Under the pieces are notes generated by a model. It was not told the origin of the DNA. It saw only the letters and a list, made by a program, of their open reading frames with translations, and ran no database searches. Source: Leucoraja erinacea (lineage: Eukaryota). From it: 64,000 bases of DNA. Numbering within the stretch: the first letter of the stretch is position 1; every line of letters starts with the position of its first letter. The stretch spans positions 1,674,001-1,738,000 of the forward strand of contig NC_073408.1 in the NCBI RefSeq assembly GCF_028641065.1, in the 5' to 3' direction. Made by a program: the position numbers and the translations under genes. This document shows, piece by piece, positions 13,331 through 25,095 of this stretch.

Positions 13331-14570
13331 CACACACACTGACTACACACACACACAGACTACAGGTATATGTATGTACACACACAGACTACAGGCAGGG
13401 AGGCAGGCTGCAGGTATATGTATGTACACACACACACACTGACTACACACACACTGACTACACACACACACAGACACACACACACTGACTACACACACAC
13501 AGAACACAGGCAGGGAGACAGGCTGCAGGTATATGTATACACACACACACTACACACACACACAGAACACACACACACTGACTACACACACACAGACTAC
13601 ACACACACAGAACACATATAGGGAGACAGGCTGCAGGTATATGTGTACACACACTGACACACACACACACACACAGAACACACACACAGAACACAGGCAG
13701 GGAGACAGGCTGCAGGTATATGTATACACACACACTGACTACACACACACAGAACACAGGCAGGGAGGCAGGCTGCAGGTATATGTATATACACTCACTA
13801 CACACACACACAGGCACACACGTATATATATATATATACATACACACACACTGACTACACACAGAACACAGGCAGGGAGGCAGGCTGCAGGTATATGTAT
13901 ACACACACTGACTACACACACACACACTGACTACACACTCACATACACACCCACTCACTCACTCACACTCACACACACAGAACACAGGCAGGGAGGTAGG
14001 CTGCAGGTATATGTATATATATACACACACACGCAGGTATATAATATAATATACACACACACACACATATATATTTACACACACACACACACCTCCAGTT
14101 TAAATTCCATTTGGAATATTTTGGAGGACCAAGAAATCAAGAAGAACCAAGAACACAGGCAGGGAGGCAGGCTACAGGTATTATGTATATATACACACAC
14201 ATACATATACACATACCCACATATATATTTACACACACACAGGCAGGCAGGTATATACACACACACACACACAGAGGCAGGCAGGAGGCAGAGTCCAGGT
14301 TGCTTCAATCATTGTCATATGGCACAGACAGAACAATAACACAACATGTAAACGTTGTACTCTGTAAACAATATAATCAATGAGAAAAAAAGTTCAGTGT
14401 GTGTGTATATATATATATATGTATACATATACACATACACATACACACGTATATATTTACACACCCATACACACAGGCAGGCAGGAGGCAGAGTCCAGGT
14501 TGCTTCAATCATTGTCATATGGCACAGACAGAACAATGACACAACATGTAAACATTGTACTCTGCAAAAC
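13330..14570. repeat. Compound CA-rich minisatellite plus ~200-bp tandem duplication
   Basis: Repeated unit ACAGAACACAGGCAGGGAG(A/G)CAGGCTGCAGGTATATGTAT(AC)n with ACTGACT(AC)n spacers; block GGCAGGAGGCAGAGTCCAGGTTGCTTCAATC...TTGTACTCTG duplicated at ~14280-14365 and ~14480-14565. Confidence 0.9.
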
Positions 14571-14639
14571 AAATAATCACAGAGAAAAAAAGCTCAGTAA
14601 GTACAATAAGAGAGTGATTGGCACTTAAATGTCATTTGA

Positions 14640-14960
14640 TCCAGGTCAGGGAAGCAGGAATGGATCAAGATCGTTAAGTCCAAGTAACACAAGTTTAACA
14701 TGAAGCAGATGCCGCCATTTCTTTCTTCTCCTTACATCACTGTGGATGGAGAAACCCTCAGGCAGGGGCATGAAGTCTGGTGAGTTCGGGATGAGCCGGA
14801 TCTCCGTGAAACAGAGTAAGCAGCAGTCACTCATGTTTCTCTGACACACAGCCCTGCTCTTAGATCTTCTATCTTGTGCTCCAGTGTTTGTACATTGGTC
14901 AGAATGATGCTTGAGCCGCCGGCCCAAGATTACCCTCAACTCCCTTTGACGCACCAAGTA
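14640..14960 (-). mobile_element. Rex1/Babar-like LINE endonuclease remnant
   Basis: DCCLLCFTEIRL...PEGFSIH resembles the CVLCFTETWL APE motif. Confidence 0.55.
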
Positions 14961-15399
14961 AGAATGTCATCGTTCTATCTGGGACACATGACAATAAAAC
15001 ATTCTTGACTCTTGACAATAAACCAAAAATAAACTGATTTCCCTTTGGACAAGTTTTCCCTCTGAGAATTGTTTGCTAAATCTTTGGAAAATTTAGTTTC
15101 CTCAAGAAACTCACTTTGCAGCCACATGACAGCCGCATTCGGAAAAGTGGTAAGAGAGGAAATCAAAAAATGGAAATACAGGCGACGAGAAAAAAAGAAT
15201 GAAACTTTAAAACTGTTTGCACTTTAAACTGTTTTACTGTTTCACTGTCCTTTTTTATAAATCATGTTTCTCGGGGTATCTAAATTTTATTAGTTGTTTA
15301 AGTTATGACATCGGATGGAAAATGCATACCAAATCTCGTTGCACCTATGTGCAATGACAATAAAATATATTATTAGTATTATTATTAAAACCAAAAGGT

Positions 15400-16577
15400 A
15401 AAGGTCCAGAACTAAGGGTCACAGTTTAAGGATAAGGGGGAAATCTTTTAGGACCGAGATGAGAAAAGCATTTTTCACACACATAGTGTGGTGAATCTCT
15501 GGAATTCTCTGCATATTGGCTATATTTAAGAGGGAGTTAGATGTGGCCCTTGTGGCTAAAGGGATCATAGAAACATAGAAAATAGGTGCAGGAGTAGGCC
15601 ATTCGGCCCTTCGAGCCTGCACCGCCAATCAATATGATCATGGCTGATCATCCAACTCAATATCCCATCCTCTCCATACCCCCTGATCCCTTTAGCCACA
15701 AGGGCCACATCCAACCCTCTTAAATATAGCCAATGAACTGGCCTCAACTACCTTCTGTGGCAGAGAATTCCACAGATTCACCACTCTCTGTGTGAATTTT
15801 TTTTTTCTCATCTCGGTCCTAAAAGATTTCCCCCTTATCCTTAAAAGGGGGGGGGTATGGAGTGAAGGCAGGGATGTGATACTGACTTGGATGTTCAGCC
15901 ATGATCATATTGAATGGCGGTGCAGGCTCGAAGGGCCGAATGGCTTTGACTCTGACATCGGTAGGGGAATGGGGAGTGCAGGGGAGAGATAAGTTTTTGC
16001 CTTCCATTACAGCGAGGAGGAGATGCGCTGTGATGGATGTTTGTGTAAATTGTGTTGTGTCTTGGTTCTTTTTCTTGTGTGTATGACTGCAGAAACAACA
16101 TTTCGTTTGAACCTCAATGAGGTTCAAATGACAAATAAATTGTATTGTATTGTATTGTATTACATTATACTCCTGCACCTATTATCTATGTTTCTATGTT
16201 TAGTATGTAGTAAATGCCTACTATTTTCTGTGTGCTTAAGCGAAGCAAGAATTTCATTGTCCTATACAGGGACACATGACAATAAACTCACTTGAATTTG
16301 CATTTGCATTTGCATCAAATGCATTTCGTTGTCTCTGTACTGTACACTGACAATGACAATTAAAATTGAATCTGAATCTGAATCTGAATCTTGAACTTGA
16401 ACTTTAAGAGGGAGTTAGATGTGGTCCTTGTGGCTAAGGGGATCAGGGGGTATGGAGAGAAGGCAGGTACTGGATACTGAGTTGGATGATCAGCCATGAT
16501 CATATTGAATGGCGGTGCAGGCTCGAAGGGCCGAATGGCCTACTCCTGCACCTATTGTCTATGTTTCTATGTTTCTA
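15400..16577. mobile_element. Cluster of nested CR1 tails in alternating orientation plus other LINE 3' tails
   Basis: CR1 pieces + (15400-15565), - (15566-15845), + (15850-15945, resuming ~16168) and + (16402-16577); intervening tails ending (TTGTA)n, (TGAATC)n, (TTGAAC)n. Confidence 0.8.
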
Positions 16578-16594
16578 ACTTCCAGGTGCTATAA

Positions 16595-16718
16595 ACTACA
16601 AGACCCAGAATCCTCCGCGGCTCAGCGCATGCGCAGGGCCGGGCTCTCCCCCCCGCCCCCCGTGGCCCGACAACTACTTCCGGCGGGGTGACCTTGGTTG
16701 GAGACGCCAACATGGCGG
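16595..16718 (+). promoter_or_regulatory. SDHD promoter (ZNF143/SBS, NRF1, GC box, ETS/GABP, YY1 motifs)
   Basis: ACTACAAGACCCAGAATCC (16595-16613), GCGCATGCGC (16625-16634), CCCGCCCC (~16652), ACTTCCGG (16676-16683) and AACATGGCGG over the ATG; a typical motif set for nuclear-encoded respiratory genes. Confidence 0.75.
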
Positions 16719-16760
16719 CGGTCGTCAGGCTGAGTGCGCTGTGCAGGCGCGGCCTTCAAT
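16712..16760 (+). CDS. SDHD: Succinate dehydrogenase cytochrome b small subunit, exon 1 (transit peptide)
   Basis: CCAACATGG Kozak; MAAVVRLSALCRRGLQ + T|gtaagt, 49 nt, phase 1. Confidence 0.9.
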
Positions 16761-17062
16761 GTAAGTCTTCGTTTCTGCCCATTTGTGGCGGGTGGAGAGT
16801 ACTTCATCGGACCCGCCCGCTGTCGTCTGTCGACAGACCCTCATTCTGCAGAATGGGGACAAACAAATGCCGGAGTAACTCAGCGGGACATTTGTGCCTG
16901 GGGCAGCATCTGTGGAGGATGTTTCTGGTCGAGACCCTTCTTCAGTCTGGCCCGTTCCTTCTCTCCACAGATGCTGCCTGTCCCGCAGAGTTTCTCCGGC
17001 TTTTCTGTGTCTTTAGAGTTGACTAAACGTGATTTATTTTACCTTGTATTTGTACACTGGAC

Positions 17063-17098
17063 CAAAGATCTTATAGCAGATTCGCTATAAGATCTTTG
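17063..17098. mobile_element. 36-bp palindromic micro-MITE with 8-bp TSD
   Basis: CACTGGAC-[CAAAGATCTTATAGC AGATTC GCTATAAGATCTTTG]-CACTGGAC. Confidence 0.85.
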
Positions 17099-17337
17099 CA
17101 CTGGACGGCTCGATTGTCATCATGTAGAAACATAGAAACATAGACAATAGGTGCAGGAGGAGGACATTCGGCCCTTCGAGCCAGCACCGCCCTTCATTGT
17201 GATCATGGCTGATCGTCCCCTATCAATAACCCGTGCCTGCCTTCTCCCCATATCCCTTGACTCCACTAGCCCCTAGAGCTCTATCTAACTCTCTTAAATC
17301 CATCTAGTGATTTGGCCTCCACTGCCCTCTGTGGCAG

Positions 17338-17888
17338 TTTTGGTCTCCAAATCTGAGGAAGGACATTATTGCCATAGAGGGAGTGCAGAGACGGTTCACC
17401 AGACTGATTCCTGGGATGTCAGGACTGTCTTATGAAGAAAGACTGGATAGACTTGGTTTATACTCTCTAGAATTTAGGAGATTGAGAGGGGATCTTATAG
17501 AAACTTACAAAATTCTTAAGGGGTTGGACAGGCTAGATGCAGGAAGATTGTTCCCGATGTTAGGGAAGTCCAGGACAAGGGGTCACAGCTTAAGGATAAG
17601 GGGGAAATCCTTTAAAACCGAGCTGAGAATAACTTTTTTCACACAGAGAGTGGTGAATCTCTGGAACTCTCTGCCACAGAGGGTAGTTGAGACCAGTTTG
17701 TTGGTTATATTTAAGAGGGAGTTAGATGTGGCCCTTGTGACTAAGGGGATCAGGGGATATGGAGAGAAGGCAGGTACGGGATACTGAGTTGGATGATCAG
17801 CCATGATCATATTGAATGGCGGTGCAGGCTTGAAGGGCCGAATGGCCTACTCCTGCACCTAATTTCTATGTGTCTGTGTCTATGTTTC
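17338..17888 (+). mobile_element. CR1-clade LINE 3' fragment (RT C-terminus + 3'UTR)
   Basis: VQRRFTRLIPGMSGLSYEERLDRLGLYSLEFRRLRGDLIETYKIL...TRGHSLRI...FFTQRVVNLWNSLP; (TTTCTATG)n-type tail. Joined to an opposite-strand CR1 tail at 17125-17337. Confidence 0.93.
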
Positions 17889-18959
17889 CTAATATTTTTC
17901 CTGCATCCAGCTTGTCCAGTATAATCTTTGTATAATCTTTCTGCTGACTGGTTAGCACACAACAGACGCTATTCACTGTACCTCGGTACATGTGGCAGTA
18001 AATTGAACTAAGAAGGGTCTGAACGACTCTGAAACGTCACCCATTCTTTTATCCAGAGATGCGGCCTTGACCCACTTACTTGACCCCCTTACTCCAGTTT
18101 TTTGTCAGTGTTCGGTGTAAACCAGCATCTGCAGTTCCTTCCTGCACAGTTAACTACCACCTCCAGTTTAAATTCCATTTGAAATATTTTGGAGGACCAA
18201 GAACCCCGTGTCAGAGAGCAGTGGGAAGGCAACTCAGGCTGTGCCATGGTTGCTGTGGCAACGCCGTCACCCCGACTGGGTGCACCAATATCATCGCTAT
18301 CAGTACAGTGTGCAATTGTTCTTTGTAAAACAAAGGGCTGGAGTAACTCTGTGGGTCAGGCTCCATCTGTGGAGGGGTGTTTTGCAAGTGACCTTTCACA
18401 CTTCCTCAGACTCAGTGTAGCATTTAATCAGTATTAATGAGTTTAAATCTCAGTGTAGAGTATAATCATCTTAAATGGATTTAAGTCTTGACTCAGCTCA
18501 AGCATTTAGCGGTTACTGTGAAGTGGAAGAGATTTAGATGTGATTTTGTAGGAGTGCTCAAAAGCCATGAAGGGTTACTGGAGAGAAATGAAGATGAGAC
18601 TGTCCAATGTCTAAAGTGTTATAAGTTCTGGCTGTGCAATTTCTTGCTGATATTGTTCTTGTATACTGGGGTGTGTCCAGCAAAGGCTTTATTACATAAA
18701 GTTACAGAATTTGATGTTTATTCTGGAAAGTTGTGACATGGCCAAATGAAAGATGGGCAGTTTTTTGTCGAGCTTACATTTGATCCTGTAGCACCTATTC
18801 CAATTTCTACATTGCATGAACAAAGGTTTGCTGAACATCTTTGTAATAGGTTTTATTTATAGACAATCAGTAACAGAGTAAGTCTGTCTTGAGAGTGTCT
18901 TCTGGTTTGCCTCTCAGATTGACAAACAAGTTTAATGCCTTTTTCTTTCTTGTTTCTAG

Positions 18960-19070
18960 CACCATTCTTATGCAAGTCATTGGTGGCTGGGCCTCTTATT
19001 GCTTCAAGAAAGACCCAGGAATCCCATGTGCTACTCTTATCTCGGATTCACACATCTCCTTGCCATTTTG
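18960..19070 (+). CDS. SDHD: SDHD exon 2
   Basis: Polypyrimidine tract + ctag|C...TTTG|gtaagt, 111 nt, phase 1-1; SPFLCKSLVAGPLIASRKTQESHVLLLSRIHTSPCHF (IHxSP as in vertebrate SDHD). Confidence 0.88.
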
Positions 19071-19151
19071 GTAAGTGTTGTAGTGTGGGTTTTTTTTATT
19101 GATGGTAAGGCCAAGATTTGTTTCTGTGGGGTGCTTAGGAGAGAGTTATTT

Positions 19152-19420
19152 TGTTTAGTTTAGAGATACAGCTTTGGCACACTGAGTCCGCACCGATCAG
19201 CGATCCCTGCACATTAACGCTATCCTACACACACTAGGGACAATTCATACCTACACCAAGCCAATTAACCTACAAATCTGTACGTCTTTGGAGTGTGGGA
19301 AGATCTTGGCGAAAACCTACGCAATCACGGGGAGAATGTACAAACTCCGTACAGACAGCACCCAGATCGAACCCAGGCTGCTGGCCCTGGAAGGCAGCAA
19401 CTCTACCGCTGCGCCACCCT
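19152..19420 (-). mobile_element. HE1-like V-SINE
   Basis: Reverse complement of the 35357-35668 family with (CTAAA)n tail. Confidence 0.8.
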
Positions 19421-20895
19421 GCTGGCCTTAGGTTATGTGAAGCATGAGGTGTGTACAAAGTGTTTCCTTCTATTAGTGGATTCCAAATTAGTGATACCAA
19501 CATATCTTAGTATTATTCCTTGCTACCACTGACAATGCAGGTACATCCTTACTGGAAATTAGAAATTTAAAATAAAAGATGGAAAACGACAGAGAAAAAT
19601 ATGAACCAAATATCTGAACCAAATTTGAATTTTGTTCTGTGTTAATCAGTTATCTTGTTTTGCTTTGAAAACTCTTCAATTTATACTATAGAGAAACCAT
19701 CTCCAAGGCATCACAAAGTATGTGCAACAGTCTATTCTACATGAAAATCTAGCTTGTTCGGTGCAGATTTACAGCTTGAGTAATTTCAATAAAATGTGCT
19801 GCAAATAGATTGCAGTAAAGGTTGAACTTGGTATAGTTCTACATTGCTGCAATGTATTCCATACCAAGAATGCAGAAGATCAGGTAATCTAGATACCACG
19901 TGGAAAGCAAAAATAAATAACATTTAAGGACCAGAGGTCATAGCTAAGTTTCCACTAGTGGGAGAGTCTAGGATTAGAGGTCACAGCCTTAGAATTAAAG
20001 GAGGTTCTTTTAGGAAGGAGATGAGGAATTTCATTAGTCAGAGGGAGGTGACTGGAATTCTTTGCTACAGAAGGCTGTGGAGGCCAAGTCAGTGGATATT
20101 TTTAAGGCAGAGACTGATAGATTCTTGATTAGTACGGTGTCAGAGCTTATGGAGTGAAGGCATGAGAATAGGGTTAGGAGGGAGAGAGAGATCAGACACG
20201 ATTGAATGGTGGAATATACTCGATGGGCCGAATGGCCTAATTGTGTTCCTATCACTTATGATCTTATGAAAACAAACCGTCTTTCCACATAACTTAAATG
20301 CTCCAACTTAAACAACATCCTGATGACTTTCCTCTACACTCTCTCTGGTGTAATTATATCCTTCGTATAGAGTGATAACTGGAACCAAACCCAATATTAT
20401 TCCACTTGTGGCTAAACAAATGTAAAGTTTTTCCATAACCTCCCTGGTCTAGCATTCTATGCCTAGGCTAATGAGGGCAAGTATCTCATTTGCCTTTCTC
20501 GACACCTTCTCGGATCCTTGGACTTGTCCATGAAGGCCCCTCTGTTTCTTAATAGTTAGTTTAGTTTAACTTATTGTCACGGTTACAAAGGTACAGTGAA
20601 AAGCTTTATTGCTGCACAGTATCCAGTCGGCGGAAAGACTATACATGATTACAATCAAACCGCCCGCAGTGTACAGATACAGGATAAAGGGAATAACATA
20701 AGAATAACAAGTTGCTGCCTTCCTCTACCTACCTGTGTCATCACTTTCATGGATCATGTACTCCTTCCACGGTCTTGCTGTTTAATCACACTCCCAAGGG
20801 CACTGGCATTCATTGCGATGTTGTGGCCCGGTTTAATTATGTGATGATTGTTATTGAAATTAGAGAACCGTGTTTAGTCTTGTCTTCTCTCTTAG

Positions 20896-21040
20896 CTGGT
20901 TCCAAAGCTGCTTCTGCACACTGGACGAGTGAACGGATAGTGAGTGTCGCCTTACTTGGCCTTTTCCCTGCTGCCTACATCTACCCAGGATCTGTCATGG
21001 ATTACTCACTGGCTGCAGCAATCACTCTCCATGGTCACTG
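20896..21040 (+). CDS. SDHD: SDHD exon 3
   Basis: cttag|CT...CACTG|gtaag, 145 nt; [49 protein letters not shown] (contains the haem-ligand His). Confidence 0.97.
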
Positions 21041-21667
21041 GTAAGGCCTTTTTTTGAACCTTGTCCTTTAATGCACTCTGTGAATTTGTTTTTCTGGCTA
21101 CTCTTCGCAATTTGATCTCCCAATATACACAAAGGTTCAAATCTTCCATAATTATTACACCCCTGATCATCCTTTTAATGTTGTGTTTGTTCTTCCTGGT
21201 CTCTGTTTTATTCAGAACCCAAAATCTTTCCAAACATGTTACTAAACTGTTGCTCTTTTGATTTTTATTTCTGACTTATGGTTTAATCAGTCTTTCCAAA
21301 TATGAAGATTCTCAAAACATTCTCCAATTAACTTACTGGTTGGAAATAATCTGATTCTAACATCACAGTATCTACACCATAACAGACTGGAACTATGACC
21401 CATTATTTCAATATCCTAAAATAAAGTTTGGGAAAACAGGCTGGTTCACATACCACAGAAAAATATCTGCACTCACCATTGATTTGAACACTGTGCAAGC
21501 TCTGAAGAAGAGTCCCGACCCGAAACGTCAACCATTCCTTCTATCCAGAGATGCTGCCTGTCCCGCTGAGTTACTCCAGCTTTTTGTGTCTAGCCTCAAT
21601 GTCTGCTTATTTCCCGTGGTGGTTAACCTATTTTATTTTTTATTTTTATCTGTGTGTTTCCTTTCAG

Positions 21668-21833
21668 GGGCCTTGGGCAAATAGTCACAGATTACGTACA
21701 CGGAGAGGCAAAAGTGAAGCTGGCCAGGATAGGCCTCCAGATATTGTCAGCTGTCACTTTCGCCGGTCTATGCTACTTCAATTATCATGATGTGGGGATT
21801 TGTAAAGCTGTGGCAATGCTTTGGAGCCTCTGA
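21668..21833 (+). CDS. SDHD: SDHD exon 4 (to stop)
   Basis: ttcag|G...TGA, 166 nt; [54 protein letters not shown]. Total CDS 471 nt = 156 aa. AATAAA at ~22386 and ~22504. Confidence 0.97.
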
Positions 21834-24654
21834 TAAATAATGACACTGTCCGTTCCACTAAACAACTTCTGGGGTTGCTCTCATTTAATAAGGAAAATAG
21901 ACAAATCACAACAATGATTTCTTTAAGAAGCTCTGACAAAAGGGACACTTATTTTGGAATGTAATTTTGCAGCCATGTTTACATTGATCATAACTGTTGC
22001 CTTATGCCATCCAGTCATAACGTCAGTCTTTCGAATGACACGTGTGGTTTACTTTTGTTCCCCTTCCCACCATGCATATTTTTATATTAGTCATGACCAG
22101 AGATGGGGCTTGCTTTACGCAGTGGTCAAAATCTGAAACCATGTACAAAACTACAGATAAATTATTATATAGTTTGTGCTTTACATTTTCTACAGCGGAG
22201 TAACGGGCCATTTTATTCAATAGTTTTTGTGTCTGCTCATGCTTGTCCAGAACCTCGTCTTTACCTCACCTGGTTTAGCATATTCATTTATTCCTCCTCA
22301 TTAGTTTCTCTTCTTAAATGGATCAGAACTAATCATCAGAATTGCACAATGCACAATGAAATTTCAGGCTCGTCATTCTCTGAGTAATAAAAGTTATGTA
22401 ATTATTGGGTTTATCTGTGTTTATTTTACTTTCCTGTTTTTTTTTAAACCATGGAGACCTGCCTTTTCTTTTGAACTCTATGTAGTCGGCTCATTAGTGA
22501 AGAATAAAACTCGCAAATTACTTTTGTTATTATTAATTGCAAAACAGTGGAGTCTGACAGTTGTGAAGGCTGTGTGCTGATATTTATTTTAATTTTATTT
22601 ATTTTATTAGTTATTTCGAACAGAATAAAAGAATAAAAAGCAAGTGTGAAACAGCATACAAAAGCAAAACAAGAATATTTATAAAGTGTCATAAACAATA
22701 TCTATAAATAAATGAAGCGTATTTGTCCGAAAAGGAGCAGGAAGAAGTCAAAGCTTATTAATTCCCACCCCTTATTCAACTGCTTGTAATTGTCTTATAC
22801 AAATTTAGCAGCTATATGTACACCAGCAGCTATATGTACACCAAATTATTTACATTTATACACTAATCAAATATTTACAAAGCCATACAAAAAAGAAAAA
22901 AAGAAAAAGAAAAGAAAAACCCCTCATATATTATACAGTATCTTAGTCATATATACAACCCATCACTCTATAATCACTCTTCCCAATACAATCAGTATAA
23001 CAAATATCCCACTCACAATATTGATATTGATCCCTGTCTTGCACTTTCAATTGAAAACTCCTATTTCCCATTATAATCAAAGATGTTCTTTATACGACGG
23101 GGATATGCCAAATCAGCATATGGTCTTTTCCTTTGAGAAATGGGCTCCAAATTAAATTCTGACAGAGAACATCTTCCATGTTCTGCAGTGATCCAATGTG
23201 ATATGATTTTAGATGGAGCTGTATTACAAAGTTGACTGTAACTCAGTACTGTTAAAACAATTAGCAGCTTTATGATTCCTGGATGGCTTAATGAACTATT
23301 AATATATGCCATGGAAATATTCACATTGCACCTAGTGAGAGATAAAAGTGTGCCTTCTGGAATAGGAGGAGGTACTGAGTTAGGGGACAAACTTTGTTGG
23401 ATAATAAAGGGAATCTTAGCCATAACGGGAGCTCATTGCAGTTGTGGGAGTGCTTCACTCTAAGTGGGCTTCAGGAATAGATAGACTTAATGTACTTGAC
23501 ATGATGATTATCCCCATTAAGTACAAAATGTTGCTTTAAGCTATTACATTATGCTGCAGTAGCAGTTGAGAGCAAGTGAAAATAAAATTATATGCACAAT
23601 TTAAAAGACATTTATCCCTCCGGATCAACTACTTAGCTTTAGAGCAGTTCTTTACTCAAATCTCAGTGGAGATTGTGGAGCCAATTACCATACAAGAATG
23701 GTGGTATACAACTTGGGAGTATTGAAATTGGGAGGTTACGTTGCAGTTATAAAATACGTTGGTGAGACTGCATTTAGAGTATTGTATTCAGTTCTGGGCA
23801 CCATGTGAAAGGAAAGATGTTGACAAGCTGGAAATGGTGCAGAGAAGATTTACGAGGATGTTGCCCGGACTCTAGGGCCTCTGCTGTAGGGAGATGTTGA
23901 GCAGGCTAGAACTTTTGTTTCTTGGAGCACAGGATGACGGGGGTGATCTTGGATGTGTACAAAATCATAAGAGGAATAGATTGGGTGGACACACACATGC
24001 TCTTGCCCAGTTTGGGAGAATTTGGAACCTGAGGACATACATTTAAGATGAAGGGGGAATGATTTAATAGGAACCTGAGGGGTAACTTTTTCACAAAGGG
24101 TGGTGAGTATGGAACAAGCTGCTGTTGGGGTAGGTACTATTGCAACGTTTAGACAGGTACATGGATAGGACAGGTTTAGAGTGATATGGGCCAAACGCAG
24201 GAGGTGGGACTAGTCAAGATGGAACATGTTGGTCGGCGTGGGCAAGTTGGGCCAAAGCATCAGTTTCCACAAAGTATGACAATGACTAAGAATAACATTG
24301 TTTAAATATTTTAAGTTTTAACCAGCAGAGTAGGAATTTTTTGATCAAGGACAGGGAATCCAAGCTTCCTCTTATCCTTGGGTGGGATCAGGTTAGTTGT
24401 ATGTAAGTTGTATCATTGTGTTTTGAGCTGGCCAGGACTCTATTCCTTGGTGTGCAGGACTTTATTCCGTGGAGATCTGCGTCTCTGAACTCGGCCTTGT
24501 CCTTCCGTTTAAGGTGTAAGTAATATCATGGACTCATTGATCACTCCAAATAGAGACATACCTATTGGATTCAATATTTGCAGTTTCTCCTTTTTGTACA
24601 ATTGTACAATATTAACAAGACCAGAACTACATGTTTAAAACAAAAAGCAACAAA

Positions 24655-25095
24655 AGTCAAGTCAAGTCACTTTTATTTCTATAGCACATTTAAAAAACAA
24701 CTCTCGTTGGCCAAAGTGCTTTACGTTGGCGGAGGTACTAACGTTACACAACAGTGGTTCATAGATTAAGTACATACATAAATACATACATATAGCCCTC
24801 CCTCAGAGGACGTCAAGAAAGGCTTGAGAGTCAAGATGAAGTTTTAATTTCTATGTTTCTAAAGGCTTGAGAGTCAAGATGAGTTTTAAGTCTCGACTTA
24901 AAGAGTCGATGGAGGGGGCAGTTCTGATGGGAAGAGGGATGCTGTTCCACAGTCTAGGAGCTGCAACTGCAAAGGCGCGGTCGCCCCTGAGCTTATGCCT
25001 AGACCGCGGGATGTTCAGTAACCCCAAGCCGGCCGATCTGAGGGACCTGGAGGTGGTGTGGTGGGCAAGCAGATTCTTGATGTAGGTGGGGGCAT
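24655..25095 (-). mobile_element. L2-clade LINE 3' fragment
   Basis: Minus strand LRSAGLGLLNIPRSRHKLRGDRAFAVAAPRLWNSIP...FKSRLKT; (TTGAC)n tail. Confidence 0.8.

Noticed and set aside
13035-13442. Plus-strand ORF MAEGGAAVG.../MAAAAAAA suggesting a divergent gene such as IFT46
   Set aside because: No recognisable homology or downstream exons; it runs into the minisatellite; ATGGCGG is better explained as a YY1 motif.
13343-14383. Overlapping Thr/His- and Cys/Val-rich ORFs
   Set aside because: Translations of (CA)n/(TG)n minisatellite.
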